Origin: a virus
Strand: one strand, 5' to 3'
DNA: 15,277 bases
Virus genome (UHGV): UHGV-0113810
Part shown: one piece after another, positions 8,339-15,277 of the stretch
How the letters are laid out: each line of letters opens with the position of its first letter
Position numbering within the stretch: position 1 is the first letter of the stretch
Position numbers and translations under genes: made by a program
The notes under the pieces: generated by a model
What the model saw: only the letters and a program-made list of their open reading frames with translations
What the model was told of the DNA's origin: nothing
Database searches by the model: none

Positions 8339-8632
8339 ATGAATTATACACCCGGCCCATGGAAATGGTGGACAAGTAACAGCTTTCTGCGATTAAGCAG
8401 TCAAGCAACAGGTAAAGATGGTGGTGTCATCGACTCTTATGTCATGAAGGATGGTCACTCATCACTAATCGTTAGCAAAGAAGATATGAATCTGATAGCG
8501 GCAGCACCAGACCTTTTAAATGCCCTGCAAGCGATGCTAAACAAGGCATACAAGCAAAACTGGAATGACCATTATCCTGATGAAGTATCGAAAGCACAGT
8601 CAGCAATCAGCAAAGCTCTTGGGGAAGAATGA
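8339..8632 (+). CDS. Ea22-like domain protein (TPGPW and LIAAAPDLL motifs), 97 aa
   Basis: MNYTPGPWKWW... and NLIAAAPDLLNALQAM resemble the conserved motifs of ead/Ea22-like phage proteins, and the second motif parallels FIAAANPATVLALLDE in the ORF at 12147-12698. Confidence 0.5.
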   Translation: MNYTPGPWKWWTSNSFLRLSSQATGKDGGVIDSYVMKDGHSSLIVSKEDMNLIAAAPDLLNALQAMLNKAYKQNWNDHYPDEVSKAQSAISKALGEE

Positions 8633-8790
8633 TGAATAAGAAATACATCGTTGAAGTTATAGAGCGAGAAACGAAAGAAGTAATTAAACATTTCGAATTT
8701 GATAATTATAGAAAAGCTGACCGCGTAGAAGAGGGATTGTTGCGACAAAGTAATCTCGAAAAATTTGATGTTGTCATGCGATGCGAATAA
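8629..8790 (+). CDS. Small hypothetical protein, 53 aa
   Basis: Start overlaps the upstream stop (AATGATGA). Translation: MMNKKYIVEVIERETKEVIKHFEFDNYRKADRVEEGLLRQSNLEKFDVVMRCE. Confidence 0.35.
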   Translation: MMNKKYIVEVIERETKEVIKHFEFDNYRKADRVEEGLLRQSNLEKFDVVMRCE

Positions 8791-8882
8791 GCACATATAG
8801 CAGATTTGCGAGTCTGCTATGTGGGCAATGTCGCTCGTAACTAAACAGGAGCCGACTTGTTCTGATTATTGGAAATCTTCTT

Positions 8883-8908
8883 TGCCCTCCAATGTGAGGG
8901 CTTTTTTA
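8883..8908 (+). terminator. Rho-independent terminator within the PL operon (tL-type, likely overridden by N)
   Basis: Stem GCCCTC (8883-8888) with GAGGGC (8895-8900), loop CAATGT, followed by TTTTTT. Confidence 0.55.
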
Positions 8909-8973
8909 TATGCATACCAATAACGCTTCACTCGAGGCGTTTTCGTTATGCAATCAAACAGAAGGAGCATCCT

Positions 8974-9144
8974 ATGCAACAGTTCGCTATTGCAGGGGCG
9001 GCATCGGTTCGCCCTTTCAACCCGATTTTATCGGTGCAGCATTCACGAAAAAATATTTTAACCGGAGCAGACTTTAAACAACCAAGAATGAAAAGTTTGC
9101 TCGAAAAGCTTTGGGATATTTTGAAACAACAAGGCCGTCCATGA
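8974..9144 (+). CDS. CIII-like small protein (candidate FtsH inhibitor), 56 aa
   Basis: MQQFAIAGAAS...SLLEKLWDILKQQGRP resembles lambda CIII (MQYAIAGWPVAG...SLLERITRKLRDGWKRLIDILNQPG) in start and helix region. GAAGGAG RBS. Similarity is recalled, not aligned. Confidence 0.45.
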   Translation: MQQFAIAGAASVRPFNPILSVQHSRKNILTGADFKQPRMKSLLEKLWDILKQQGRP

Positions 9145-9225
9145 GTTTTACAGATAACTGGTCAGACGAAGAATTCATTCGTCAGATGAACAAAATGCTC
9201 AATCAGCACAAAGAACAGGAGAAAG

Positions 9226-9537
9226 ATGATGATTCTGACTCTGAATGATAAGCGTGAAATATCGCAAATCATCGCAAGTTTTACTGATGAAGATTACGAA
9301 CGAATCAACAGTGAAGTTGATCGCCTCTGCAAACGTTGTGACCCAATAAGCGAAATGCTTCGCTCATATAAGCCAGATGAACACACTAAGGACGCTATCG
9401 ACTGGCTGGAAGATGATGACTGTGACTATCAGGAAAAAGCCGCTGAATGGTTCTGGGATGCAATAACCAAAAGAGTTAAGGCTGAATATGCCTTCGCAAT
9501 ATTCAAACGCAGACACATTTTTGGAGAAGCAGCATGA
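9226..9537 (+). CDS. Hypothetical protein, 103 aa, immediately upstream of recT
   Basis: AGGAGAAAG RBS; stop overlaps the RecT start (GCATGA). Acidic; no recognised motif. Confidence 0.5.
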   Translation: MMILTLNDKREISQIIASFTDEDYERINSEVDRLCKRCDPISEMLRSYKPDEHTKDAIDWLEDDDCDYQEKAAEWFWDAITKRVKAEYAFAIFKRRHIFGEAA

Positions 9538-10445
9538 GCAATATCGTTGAATTCGTTAAACAGCAAGAGCAGTTATTCTGCGGAGCATTGACTGAACAGA
9601 CGGTGACATGGGCTAAGGAAAGCCAGTTTGCAATTCAGTATTTCCAGAAAAATGATTACCTGGCTAAAACAGCACTGGCAAATCCAACCAGCGCACAGAA
9701 CGCCATCATCAATGTTGCGGCGATCGGCATCACCTTAAACCCGGCTAGCAAACTGGCTTATCTGGTTCCGCGCGACGGCATGGTGTGCCTTGATATCAGT
9801 TATATGGGATTGCTCCATATTGCAATGGAGTCTGGTGTTATCTCATGGGGTCAGGCAAAACTTGTTCATGCTAACGATACCTATGAGTCAAACGGGCTTG
9901 ATAAAGCACCAACCCATAAATACAACGCCTTCGGTGATCGTGGTGATATCGTTGGCGTTTACTGCACAGTTAAGACGCCAGCAGGTGATTATCTAACGGA
10001 AGAGATGAGTCTGGCTGAAATTGAGGCTGTAAGGAAAACAAGCAAGGCGGCATTCAGCGATAAAGGACCATGGGTAAATCACTGGAATGAGATGGCGCGA
10101 AAGACGGTCGTAAAGCGTGCAAGCAAGTATTGGCCTAAGGCATCACGTCTTGATAGTGCTATTCACGTACTAAACGAAGAAGAAGGTGTATGGACTGAAC
10201 CAGTTATGCCGCACAAATCAGAGGAAGATATCCGCGAAGATGAACGGAAACGCCAGCAGGAAATTATGGAAAAAGCTCAACTTCTTTGTGATGAAATGGC
10301 TCAGGCAGAAAACATGGATGATTTGAAGCGATATTTTGCAGAAGCATATCGCCTGACATCTGGAATGAAATTGCAGCAGAACGTACAAGCCATTTACGCA
10401 GAATGCAAAGCAAAACTGGAGGTTGCCAGTGAGCAAACTATATGA
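9534..10445 (+). CDS. recT: RecT-family single-strand annealing recombinase
   Basis: 303 aa; KGPWVNHWNEMARKTVVKRASKYWPKAS matches the conserved RecT segment (..NGPWVTHWEEMAKKTAIRRLFKYLP..) of Rac RecT as I recall it. Confidence 0.85.
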   Translation: MSNIVEFVKQQEQLFCGALTEQTVTWAKESQFAIQYFQKNDYLAKTALANPTSAQNAIINVAAIGITLNPASKLAYLVPRDGMVCLDISYMGLLHIAMESGVISWGQAKLVHANDTYESNGLDKAPTHKYNAFGDRGDIVGVYCTVKTPAGDYLTEEMSLAEIEAVRKTSKAAFSDKGPWVNHWNEMARKTVVKRASKYWPKASRLDSAIHVLNEEEGVWTEPVMPHKSEEDIREDERKRQQEIMEKAQLLCDEMAQAENMDDLKRYFAEAYRLTSGMKLQQNVQAIYAECKAKLEVASEQTI

Positions 10446-10911
10446 AATTGCCAATGAATACGCAAAATTGATGGATTCAGATTTAGAGCCAGAGATGATT
10501 GCTGACACAATAGAAGGCATGGAAGGAGAATTTACCGATAAAATAGAGCAACTTCTTGCCATTATTAAAAATGAATCTGGTTATGCTGAACGCCTCAAGG
10601 AAGAGGCAAAGTCACTAAATGAACGAGCCGCAGTAATTCAAAATAAGATTGATAGCATTATGTCATATATAGCCTCATCGCTTGAAATGGTTGGCAAGAA
10701 AAAGATTAGAGCAGGTATTCACCAGGTAACAATCCGCAAACCGTCAGAAACTGTAGAAATCATCGACTCAAGCGCCCTTCCTCCTGATTACGTTGAGTTT
10801 GAAACGACAATTAAAGCCGACAAGTTGGCAATCAAGCACCAACTAAAAGCAGGAATAAATATTCCCGGTGCTCAACTCAAGGTTGGTAAACCTTCACTTC
10901 TTATCAAATAA
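10423..10911 (+). CDS. Gp157-like (siphovirus Gp157 family) protein
   Basis: ~160-aa coiled-coil-rich protein directly downstream of the recombinase; composition and position fit the Gp157 family. Start is TTG at 10423 or GTG at 10429, overlapping the RecT end. Confidence 0.45.
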   Translation: MPVSKLYEIANEYAKLMDSDLEPEMIADTIEGMEGEFTDKIEQLLAIIKNESGYAERLKEEAKSLNERAAVIQNKIDSIMSYIASSLEMVGKKKIRAGIHQVTIRKPSETVEIIDSSALPPDYVEFETTIKADKLAIKHQLKAGINIPGAQLKVGKPSLLIK

Positions 10912-10922
10912 CGGTATCGCCT

Positions 10923-11237
10923 ATGAAAAAGGCTCCATGGGAGAAATGGGAAGTCGATTTCTTGCGCGAAGTATCGGCGACAATGCCAGTTGAAGTTATT
11001 GCTGAAAAACTGGAAAGGACTGAAAAAGCAGTTATGGCGAAAGCAACAAGGATTGGCGCTGACATTGTTAGCCGACTTCGTGGAAGACGCTGGACAAGAG
11101 CCGAAGTATCACTTTTCGGTAAGTTCTCCGCAGAAGAAATAGCAATTGCAACCTGCCGCTCAATTTATTCAGTAAGAGCTATGCGATACAAGCTAAAAAA
11201 ACTCGATGAAGAAAGAGCAGGCATACGAATAAATTAA
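10923..11237 (+). CDS. Small protein with two tandem GcrA/SANT-like HTH repeats, 104 aa
   Basis: Internal duplication: [40 protein letters not shown] and [37 protein letters not shown] share a W..E...L....S..EIA......AV..K pattern. Confidence 0.5.
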   Translation: MKKAPWEKWEVDFLREVSATMPVEVIAEKLERTEKAVMAKATRIGADIVSRLRGRRWTRAEVSLFGKFSAEEIAIATCRSIYSVRAMRYKLKKLDEERAGIRIN

Positions 11238-11253
11238 CAAAGAGGAATTTACC

Positions 11254-11418
11254 ATGAGAGGACTTGCATACAATCCCGGCATTCTTCCGGCAGAAATGAT
11301 TATTCGCCAACGCGTAAAGCCAATGCCATCGAGAGAGGAATTACTTAAGAGAAATAGTTTCGGTTCTGTTAATGACAACAAATATCTGAATGCGATGTTG
11401 CGGAGTGGGAAAAAATGA
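11254..11418 (+). CDS. Small hypothetical protein, 54 aa
   Basis: AGAGGAAT RBS; stop overlaps the next start (ATGA). Confidence 0.35.
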   Translation: MRGLAYNPGILPAEMIIRQRVKPMPSREELLKRNSFGSVNDNKYLNAMLRSGKK

Positions 11419-11897
11419 AACAAATGTCACTAATTGAGATGGATGGTTTTCTGAAAGGTAAATGCATCCCACGAGATTTAAAGGTTAACGAAACAAACGC
11501 TGAATATCTGGTGCGTAAATTTGCTGAAGCGGAGGCCAAGTGCGCGGCGCTGGCGGCGGAGAATGCGGGGCTGAAGGCTGCGCACCCTCAACCATTCGGA
11601 CCTGAGATGATGAAGGCTCTTGATGCGTATGAGAAGCATCAGGATGAAGTGCCGGAGACTGGAATGCTTGATGCATTTTTCATCTTGCGCGACAGCATCC
11701 GTGTTGAAACACCAGCCACCGATGCTTTCCTGGCTGAAGTACGGGCGCAGGGGGTAGAGATGTACGCAGATAACCTCGACAACGGAGCAGACGACGCAGA
11801 ACGAGGTGGTTTTGATGATGTCGTTAAGTTTCTACGCAGTGAAGCGTCTGGTGTACGTTTGTTCGCCGACCAGCTTCGCAAAGGAGGCAACCAGTGA
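11415..11897 (+). CDS. Hypothetical protein, 160 aa (first ORF of an Ea22-type mosaic block)
   Basis: Ends in the repeated junction GGAGGCAACCAGTGA that also forms the next RBS and start. Confidence 0.5.
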   Translation: MKQMSLIEMDGFLKGKCIPRDLKVNETNAEYLVRKFAEAEAKCAALAAENAGLKAAHPQPFGPEMMKALDAYEKHQDEVPETGMLDAFFILRDSIRVETPATDAFLAEVRAQGVEMYADNLDNGADDAERGGFDDVVKFLRSEASGVRLFADQLRKGGNQ

Positions 11898-12160
11898 GTG
11901 AGTCAAAATGCCAAATTAATGGCAACAAGATAGAACCGTGCGCGGCGTTGACGCAATCTCTGGAGCAGGATGCTGAATACACGACGCGGAAAGGTCTGCT
12001 GAAATACAAAATCTATAACCATGAATTAATTCATTCACAAGACCTGATCATGCTGCGGTCAGGCGAGTTTTCTAAATCGCCGATTCGAATTTCATTTTGC
12101 CCGTTCTGTGGTGAAAGTCTGAAAACGTGGGAAGCGGAGGCAACCAGTGAGCAAGATTGA
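11894..12160 (+). CDS. Hypothetical protein, 88 aa, with a C-terminal CPFCG zinc-ribbon-like motif
   Basis: GTG start inside the repeated junction; stop lies 14 nt into the next ORF. Confidence 0.45.
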   Translation: MSESKCQINGNKIEPCAALTQSLEQDAEYTTRKGLLKYKIYNHELIHSQDLIMLRSGEFSKSPIRISFCPFCGESLKTWEAEATSEQD

Positions 12161-12698
12161 CTATCAGGCACTGCGTGAAAAGGCAGAGAAAGCAACGTGT
12201 GGTGTGTGGTCGCTCGAATATGGAGAGGGCCGATTTGATGGTGATGATGCGCTAATTCATCGTGAAGTTGCTGGATATATTCCCATTTGCAGAATTGAAG
12301 GAGCGCATCCTGAAAGCGGTTTCGATGAAGATTTCCAAACTGAACAGCAGGCCAATGCTGAATTCATCGCCGCAGCCAATCCGGCTACCGTCTTGGCGCT
12401 GCTGGATGAACGGGAAAGAAACCAGCAATACATCAAATCCCGCGACCAGGAGAACGAGGATATTGCGCTAACGGTAGGGAAGTTGCGCGTTGAGCTTGAG
12501 GCAGAAAAACAGCGGGCAAAGGATCTGTTTATGGAAAATGCTCGGCTTAAGTCAGGTATAGCCGGTCTGATACACCTCGGTATTCGATATGCAGATGTTG
12601 AGGTCATGAGAATTGCTGGAGATGCCCAGCTTTCTACCCCATGCACTGACAGCATCATAAACAGCATTGCAACAGGCATTCGCATCAAAGGAGAGTGA
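12147..12698 (+). CDS. Ea22-like family protein, 183 aa
   Basis: ALREKAEKATCGVW and FIAAANPATVLALLDERE motifs are typical of ead/Ea22-like proteins; size and position next to xis parallel lambda ea22. Confidence 0.6.
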   Translation: MSKIDYQALREKAEKATCGVWSLEYGEGRFDGDDALIHREVAGYIPICRIEGAHPESGFDEDFQTEQQANAEFIAAANPATVLALLDERERNQQYIKSRDQENEDIALTVGKLRVELEAEKQRAKDLFMENARLKSGIAGLIHLGIRYADVEVMRIAGDAQLSTPCTDSIINSIATGIRIKGE

Positions 12699-12699
12699 T

Positions 12700-13317
12700 A
12701 TGAGCGCTATAACCAAAGAACGTATCAAATTATTCATTAAAAATCCGCTTGATAACGGACTTACTCGTGGCGAACAAATGGAACTGGCACGAATTGCACT
12801 GGCATCACTGGAACGCGAACAGATTCGCCACGAGCATGCCAAATGGTCTGACTCCACATTTGGCTGCGTTGGCCCCATTGGTCCGCTGAAACATCTCTCA
12901 AAAGAGGCACTGGAAGCCGCAGCCGAACCAGACGATCTTAGCGAGTGGGCTGATATGCAGTTTCTGTTGTGGGATGCACAGCGCCGTGCTGGCATCAGCG
13001 ATGCTGAAATTACCGCTGCTATGGAAGATAAATTGAAGATCAACATGGAGCGCCAGTGGCCTGAGCCAAAAGATGGTGAGCCTCGCTTGCACATTAAAGA
13101 ACCCGGCAACTATCCGGTAACTCCGGATGGTTGGATAAGCTGTAGTGAGCGAATGCCCCCTCAAGATGATTGGATTTTAATTTATTCAAAGCACGGCGAG
13201 TATATGGCAGGACAGGTACAAGGGGAATACGTGGAGTTGAGCGACGGCACTTTATCGTGGTTAGGGAACGCCTTGTTCTGGATGCCGCTACCAGAACCGC
13301 CGCAGGAGGTGAAGTAA
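12700..13317 (+). CDS. DUF550/DUF551-like phage protein (dATP/dGTP pyrophosphohydrolase-like N-terminus), 205 aa
   Basis: GGAGAG RBS. C-terminal WISCSERMPP...WMPLPEPP resembles DUF551; N-terminal part resembles the DUF550 region. Recalled from annotation patterns, low certainty. Confidence 0.45.
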   Translation: MSAITKERIKLFIKNPLDNGLTRGEQMELARIALASLEREQIRHEHAKWSDSTFGCVGPIGPLKHLSKEALEAAAEPDDLSEWADMQFLLWDAQRRAGISDAEITAAMEDKLKINMERQWPEPKDGEPRLHIKEPGNYPVTPDGWISCSERMPPQDDWILIYSKHGEYMAGQVQGEYVELSDGTLSWLGNALFWMPLPEPPQEVK

Positions 13318-13595
13318 TGGACTCCTTCGCGAAATATACAATTATTGACTGGATAGCCTTCCTTCAGGTTTTGCTCATCTGGTTTTATATGGCTTACAGG
13401 AGTGGACAGTGGATTGTCAGTGTAGCCTGTAGCAAGGGATGGCGTTGGTGGAACAGAAAGAATAAAAAAGCACTGGCATTGGATTCGTTTTACGAAGCAT
13501 TCAATCTTAACAGCCTTCAGCCTGGTTCTGTCATTGTAGTCACCACTCAAAGCGGCATGACCATTCAGATTCATAAACCAAAAGAGGAAAAATGA
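13317..13595 (+). CDS. Small membrane protein, 92 aa
   Basis: Start overlaps the upstream stop (TAATGG). Hydrophobic segment IIDWIAFLQVLLIWFYMAY. Confidence 0.45.
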   Translation: MDSFAKYTIIDWIAFLQVLLIWFYMAYRSGQWIVSVACSKGWRWWNRKNKKALALDSFYEAFNLNSLQPGSVIVVTTQSGMTIQIHKPKEEK

Positions 13596-13681
13596 TGTGG
13601 CCTATATGTGTTAATTGCGGACGGATGTGCCTATCTGGATGGTGCCGAAAGTGCGACAAATGCACGAAGAAAAGACAATAA
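13592..13681 (+). CDS. Cys-rich micro-ORF, 29 aa
   Basis: AAAGAGGAAAA RBS; translation MMWPICVNCGRMCLSGWCRKCDKCTKKRQ with 7 Cys. Very short, so speculative. Confidence 0.25.
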   Translation: MMWPICVNCGRMCLSGWCRKCDKCTKKRQ

Positions 13682-13753
13682 CAATCCTCGCACTCGCGGG
13701 GATTTCTTTTATCTGAACTCGCTACGGCGGGTTTTGTTTTATGGAGATGATAA

Positions 13754-13921
13754 ATGTACTTCCGAGTCACAGGTGAATGGAATGGAGAACCATTCAACAG
13801 GGTTATCGAAGCAGAGGACATCAACGACTGCTATAACCACTGGATGATATGGGCGCAGATAGCGCATGCAGGCGTAACAAATCTTCGAATTGAAGAACTG
13901 AAAGAACACCAAACCGCCTGA
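13754..13921 (+). CDS. Conserved small ORF upstream of xis, 55 aa
   Basis: GGAG RBS; MYFRVTGEWNGEPFNRVIEAEDINDCYNHWMIWAQIAHAGVTNLRIEELKEHQTA. I recall an almost identical ORF at the same place in lambda. Followed by a terminator. Confidence 0.4.
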   Translation: MYFRVTGEWNGEPFNRVIEAEDINDCYNHWMIWAQIAHAGVTNLRIEELKEHQTA

Positions 13922-13935
13922 TGGCGGTTTTTTCT
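13912..13935 (+). terminator. Rho-independent terminator upstream of xis
   Basis: Stem AACCGCC (13912-13918) with GGCGGTT (13923-13929), loop TGAT, followed by TTTTTTC. Confidence 0.6.
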
Positions 13936-13960
13936 TGCGTGTAATTGCGGAGACTTTGCG

Positions 13961-14179
13961 ATGTACTTAACACTTCAGGAGTGGAACGCACACCAGCGGC
14001 GCCCAAGAAGCCTTGAAACAGTTCGTCGATGGGTGCGCGAATGCAGGATATTCCCTCCTCCGGTTAAGGATGGAAGAGAGTATCTGTTCCACGAATCAGC
14101 GGTAAAGGTTGACTTAAATCGACCAGTAACAGGTAGCCTTTTGAAGAGGATCAGAAATGGGAAGAAGGCGAAGTCATGA
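13961..14179 (+). CDS. xis: Excisionase Xis (lambda-type)
   Basis: 72 aa, MYLTLQEWNAHQRRPRSLETVRRWVRECRIFPPPVKDGREYLFHESAVKVDLNRPVTGSLLKRIRNGKKAKS, essentially lambda Xis. Overlaps the int start as in lambda. Confidence 0.95.
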   Translation: MYLTLQEWNAHQRRPRSLETVRRWVRECRIFPPPVKDGREYLFHESAVKVDLNRPVTGSLLKRIRNGKKAKS

Positions 14180-15227
14180 GCGCCGGGATTTACCCCCTAA
14201 CCTTTATATAAGAAACAATGGATATTACTGCTACAGGGACCCAAGGACGGGTAAAGAGTTCGGATTAGGCCGAGACAGGCGAATCGCAATCACTGAAGCT
14301 ATACAGGCCAACATTGAGTTATTTTCAGGACACAAACACAAGCCTCTGACAGCGAGAATCAACAGTGATAATTCTGTTACGTTACATTCATGGCTTGATC
14401 GCTACGAAAAAATCCTCGCCAGCAGAGGAATCAAGCAGAAGACACTCATAAATTACATGAGCAAAATTAAAGCAATAAGGAGGGGTCTGCCTGATGCTCC
14501 ACTTGAAGACATCACCACAAAAGAAATTGCGGCAATGCTCAATGGATACATAGACGAGGGCAAGGCGGCGTCAGCCAAGTTAATCAGATCAACACTGAGC
14601 GATGCATTCCGAGAGGCAATAGCTGAAGGCCATATAACAACAAACCCGGTCGCTGCCACTCGCGCAGCAAAATCAGAGGTAAGGAGATCAAGACTTACAG
14701 CTGACGAATACCTAAAAATTTATCAAGCAGCAGAATCATCACCATGTTGGCTAAGACTTGCAATGGAACTGGCTGTTGTTACCGGGCAGCGAGTTGGTGA
14801 TTTATGCGAAATGAAGTGGTCTGATATCGTAGATGGATATCTTTATGTCGAGCAAAGCAAAACAGGCGTAAAAATTGCCATCCCAACAGCATTGCATGTT
14901 GATGCTCTCGGGATATCAATGAAGGAAACACTTGATAAATGCAAAAAGATTCTTGGCGGAGAAACCATAATTGCATCTACTCGTCGTGAACCGCTTTCAT
15001 CCGGCACAGTATCAAGGTATTTTATGCGCGCACGAAAAGCATCAGGTCTTTCCTTCGAAGGGGATCCGCCTACCTTTCACGAGTTGCGCAGTTTGTCTGC
15101 AAGACTCTATGAGAAGCAGATAAGCGATAAGTTTGCTCAACATCTTCTCGGGCATAAGTCGGACACCATGGCATCACAGTATCGTGATGACAGAGGCAGG
15201 GAGTGGGACAAAATTGAAATCAAATAA
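14157..15227 (+). CDS. int: Tyrosine integrase Int (lambda-type)
   Basis: 356 aa, near-identical to lambda Int throughout (MGRRRSHERRDLPPNLYIRNNGYYCYRDPRTGKEFGLGRDRR...; catalytic region ..HELRSLSARLYEKQ..LLGHKSDTMASQY). Confidence 0.95.
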   Translation: MGRRRSHERRDLPPNLYIRNNGYYCYRDPRTGKEFGLGRDRRIAITEAIQANIELFSGHKHKPLTARINSDNSVTLHSWLDRYEKILASRGIKQKTLINYMSKIKAIRRGLPDAPLEDITTKEIAAMLNGYIDEGKAASAKLIRSTLSDAFREAIAEGHITTNPVAATRAAKSEVRRSRLTADEYLKIYQAAESSPCWLRLAMELAVVTGQRVGDLCEMKWSDIVDGYLYVEQSKTGVKIAIPTALHVDALGISMKETLDKCKKILGGETIIASTRREPLSSGTVSRYFMRARKASGLSFEGDPPTFHELRSLSARLYEKQISDKFAQHLLGHKSDTMASQYRDDRGREWDKIEIK

Positions 15228-15228
15228 T

Positions 15229-15277
15229 GATTTTATTTTGACTGATAGTGACCTGTTAGTTGCAACAAATTGATAAG
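15229..15277. other. attP P' arm (Int arm-type sites and IHF H' site); the core and prophage-host junction lie just beyond the window
   Basis: Reverse complement reads CTTATCAATTTGTTGCAACTAACAGGTCACTATCAGTCAAAATAAAATCATTATTTGA, matching the lambda P' arm (IHF site TATCAATTTGTTG; arm-type sites AGGTCACTAT and CAGTCAAAAT). Confidence 0.75.

Noticed and set aside
8869-8973. Upstream extension of the cIII-like ORF (the ORF track starts it at 8869)
   Set aside because: The extension runs through the intrinsic terminator hairpin at 8883-8908; the internal ATG at 8974 with a GAAGGAG RBS is the more plausible start.
9141-9248. 35-aa ORF (MSFTDNWSDEEFIRQMNKMLNQHKEQEKDDDSDSE) overlapping the cIII-like stop and the next gene's start, considered as a kil-like peptide
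   Set aside because: Very short, weak RBS, overlaps the better-supported ORF at 9226; kept only as a possibility.
6320-13824. Minus-strand ORFs across the early-left operon (6320-6703, 6396-6710, 7018-7293, 7064-7282, 7286-7468, 7938-8408, 8572-8796, 10218-10562, 11193-11423, 11485-11676, 11639-11890, 11824-12009, 12257-12688, 12552-13109, 12898-13164, 13182-13574, 13540-13824)
   Set aside because: Each lies antisense to a plus-strand gene with RBS and translational coupling; their translations are Ser/Cys/Arg-rich with no motifs. The whole block is read as one rightward operon from PL.

Overview
This window is a lambda-like (lambdoid) prophage segment of enterobacterial type, lying in reverse orientation to the standard lambda map. 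All calls rest on reading the sequence and recalling known protein and site sequences; no database search was run. Left to right: the 3' part of an IS66-family element (transposase ORF open to the window edge, element ends at 1391) inserted into a phage DnaB-like helicase gene; an O-like replication initiator with ori-like iterons and an AT-rich tract inside it; a lambda-type immunity region (cII, oop antisense RNA, PRE, cro, OR1-3 with PR/PRM, cI, OL1-3 with PL); an AT-rich two-gene module at the position lambda uses for rexAB (a ClpP/SDH-fold serine-protease-like protein plus an overlapping 56-aa ORF, followed by a terminator); a P22-type N antiterminator with GACAA-loop boxB sites at both nut positions and a lambda-like N-leader stem; an early-left accessory operon (small proteins, Ea22-like proteins, cIII-like, RecT, Gp157-like, DUF550/551-like, small membrane protein); then lambda-type xis and int and the attP P' arm at the window end. 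The prophage is mosaic and probably replication-defective because of the IS insertion. The best candidate for an undescribed system is the rex-position protease module, a likely lysogen-expressed exclusion or abortive-infection function. No tRNA, rRNA or CRISPR array was seen.
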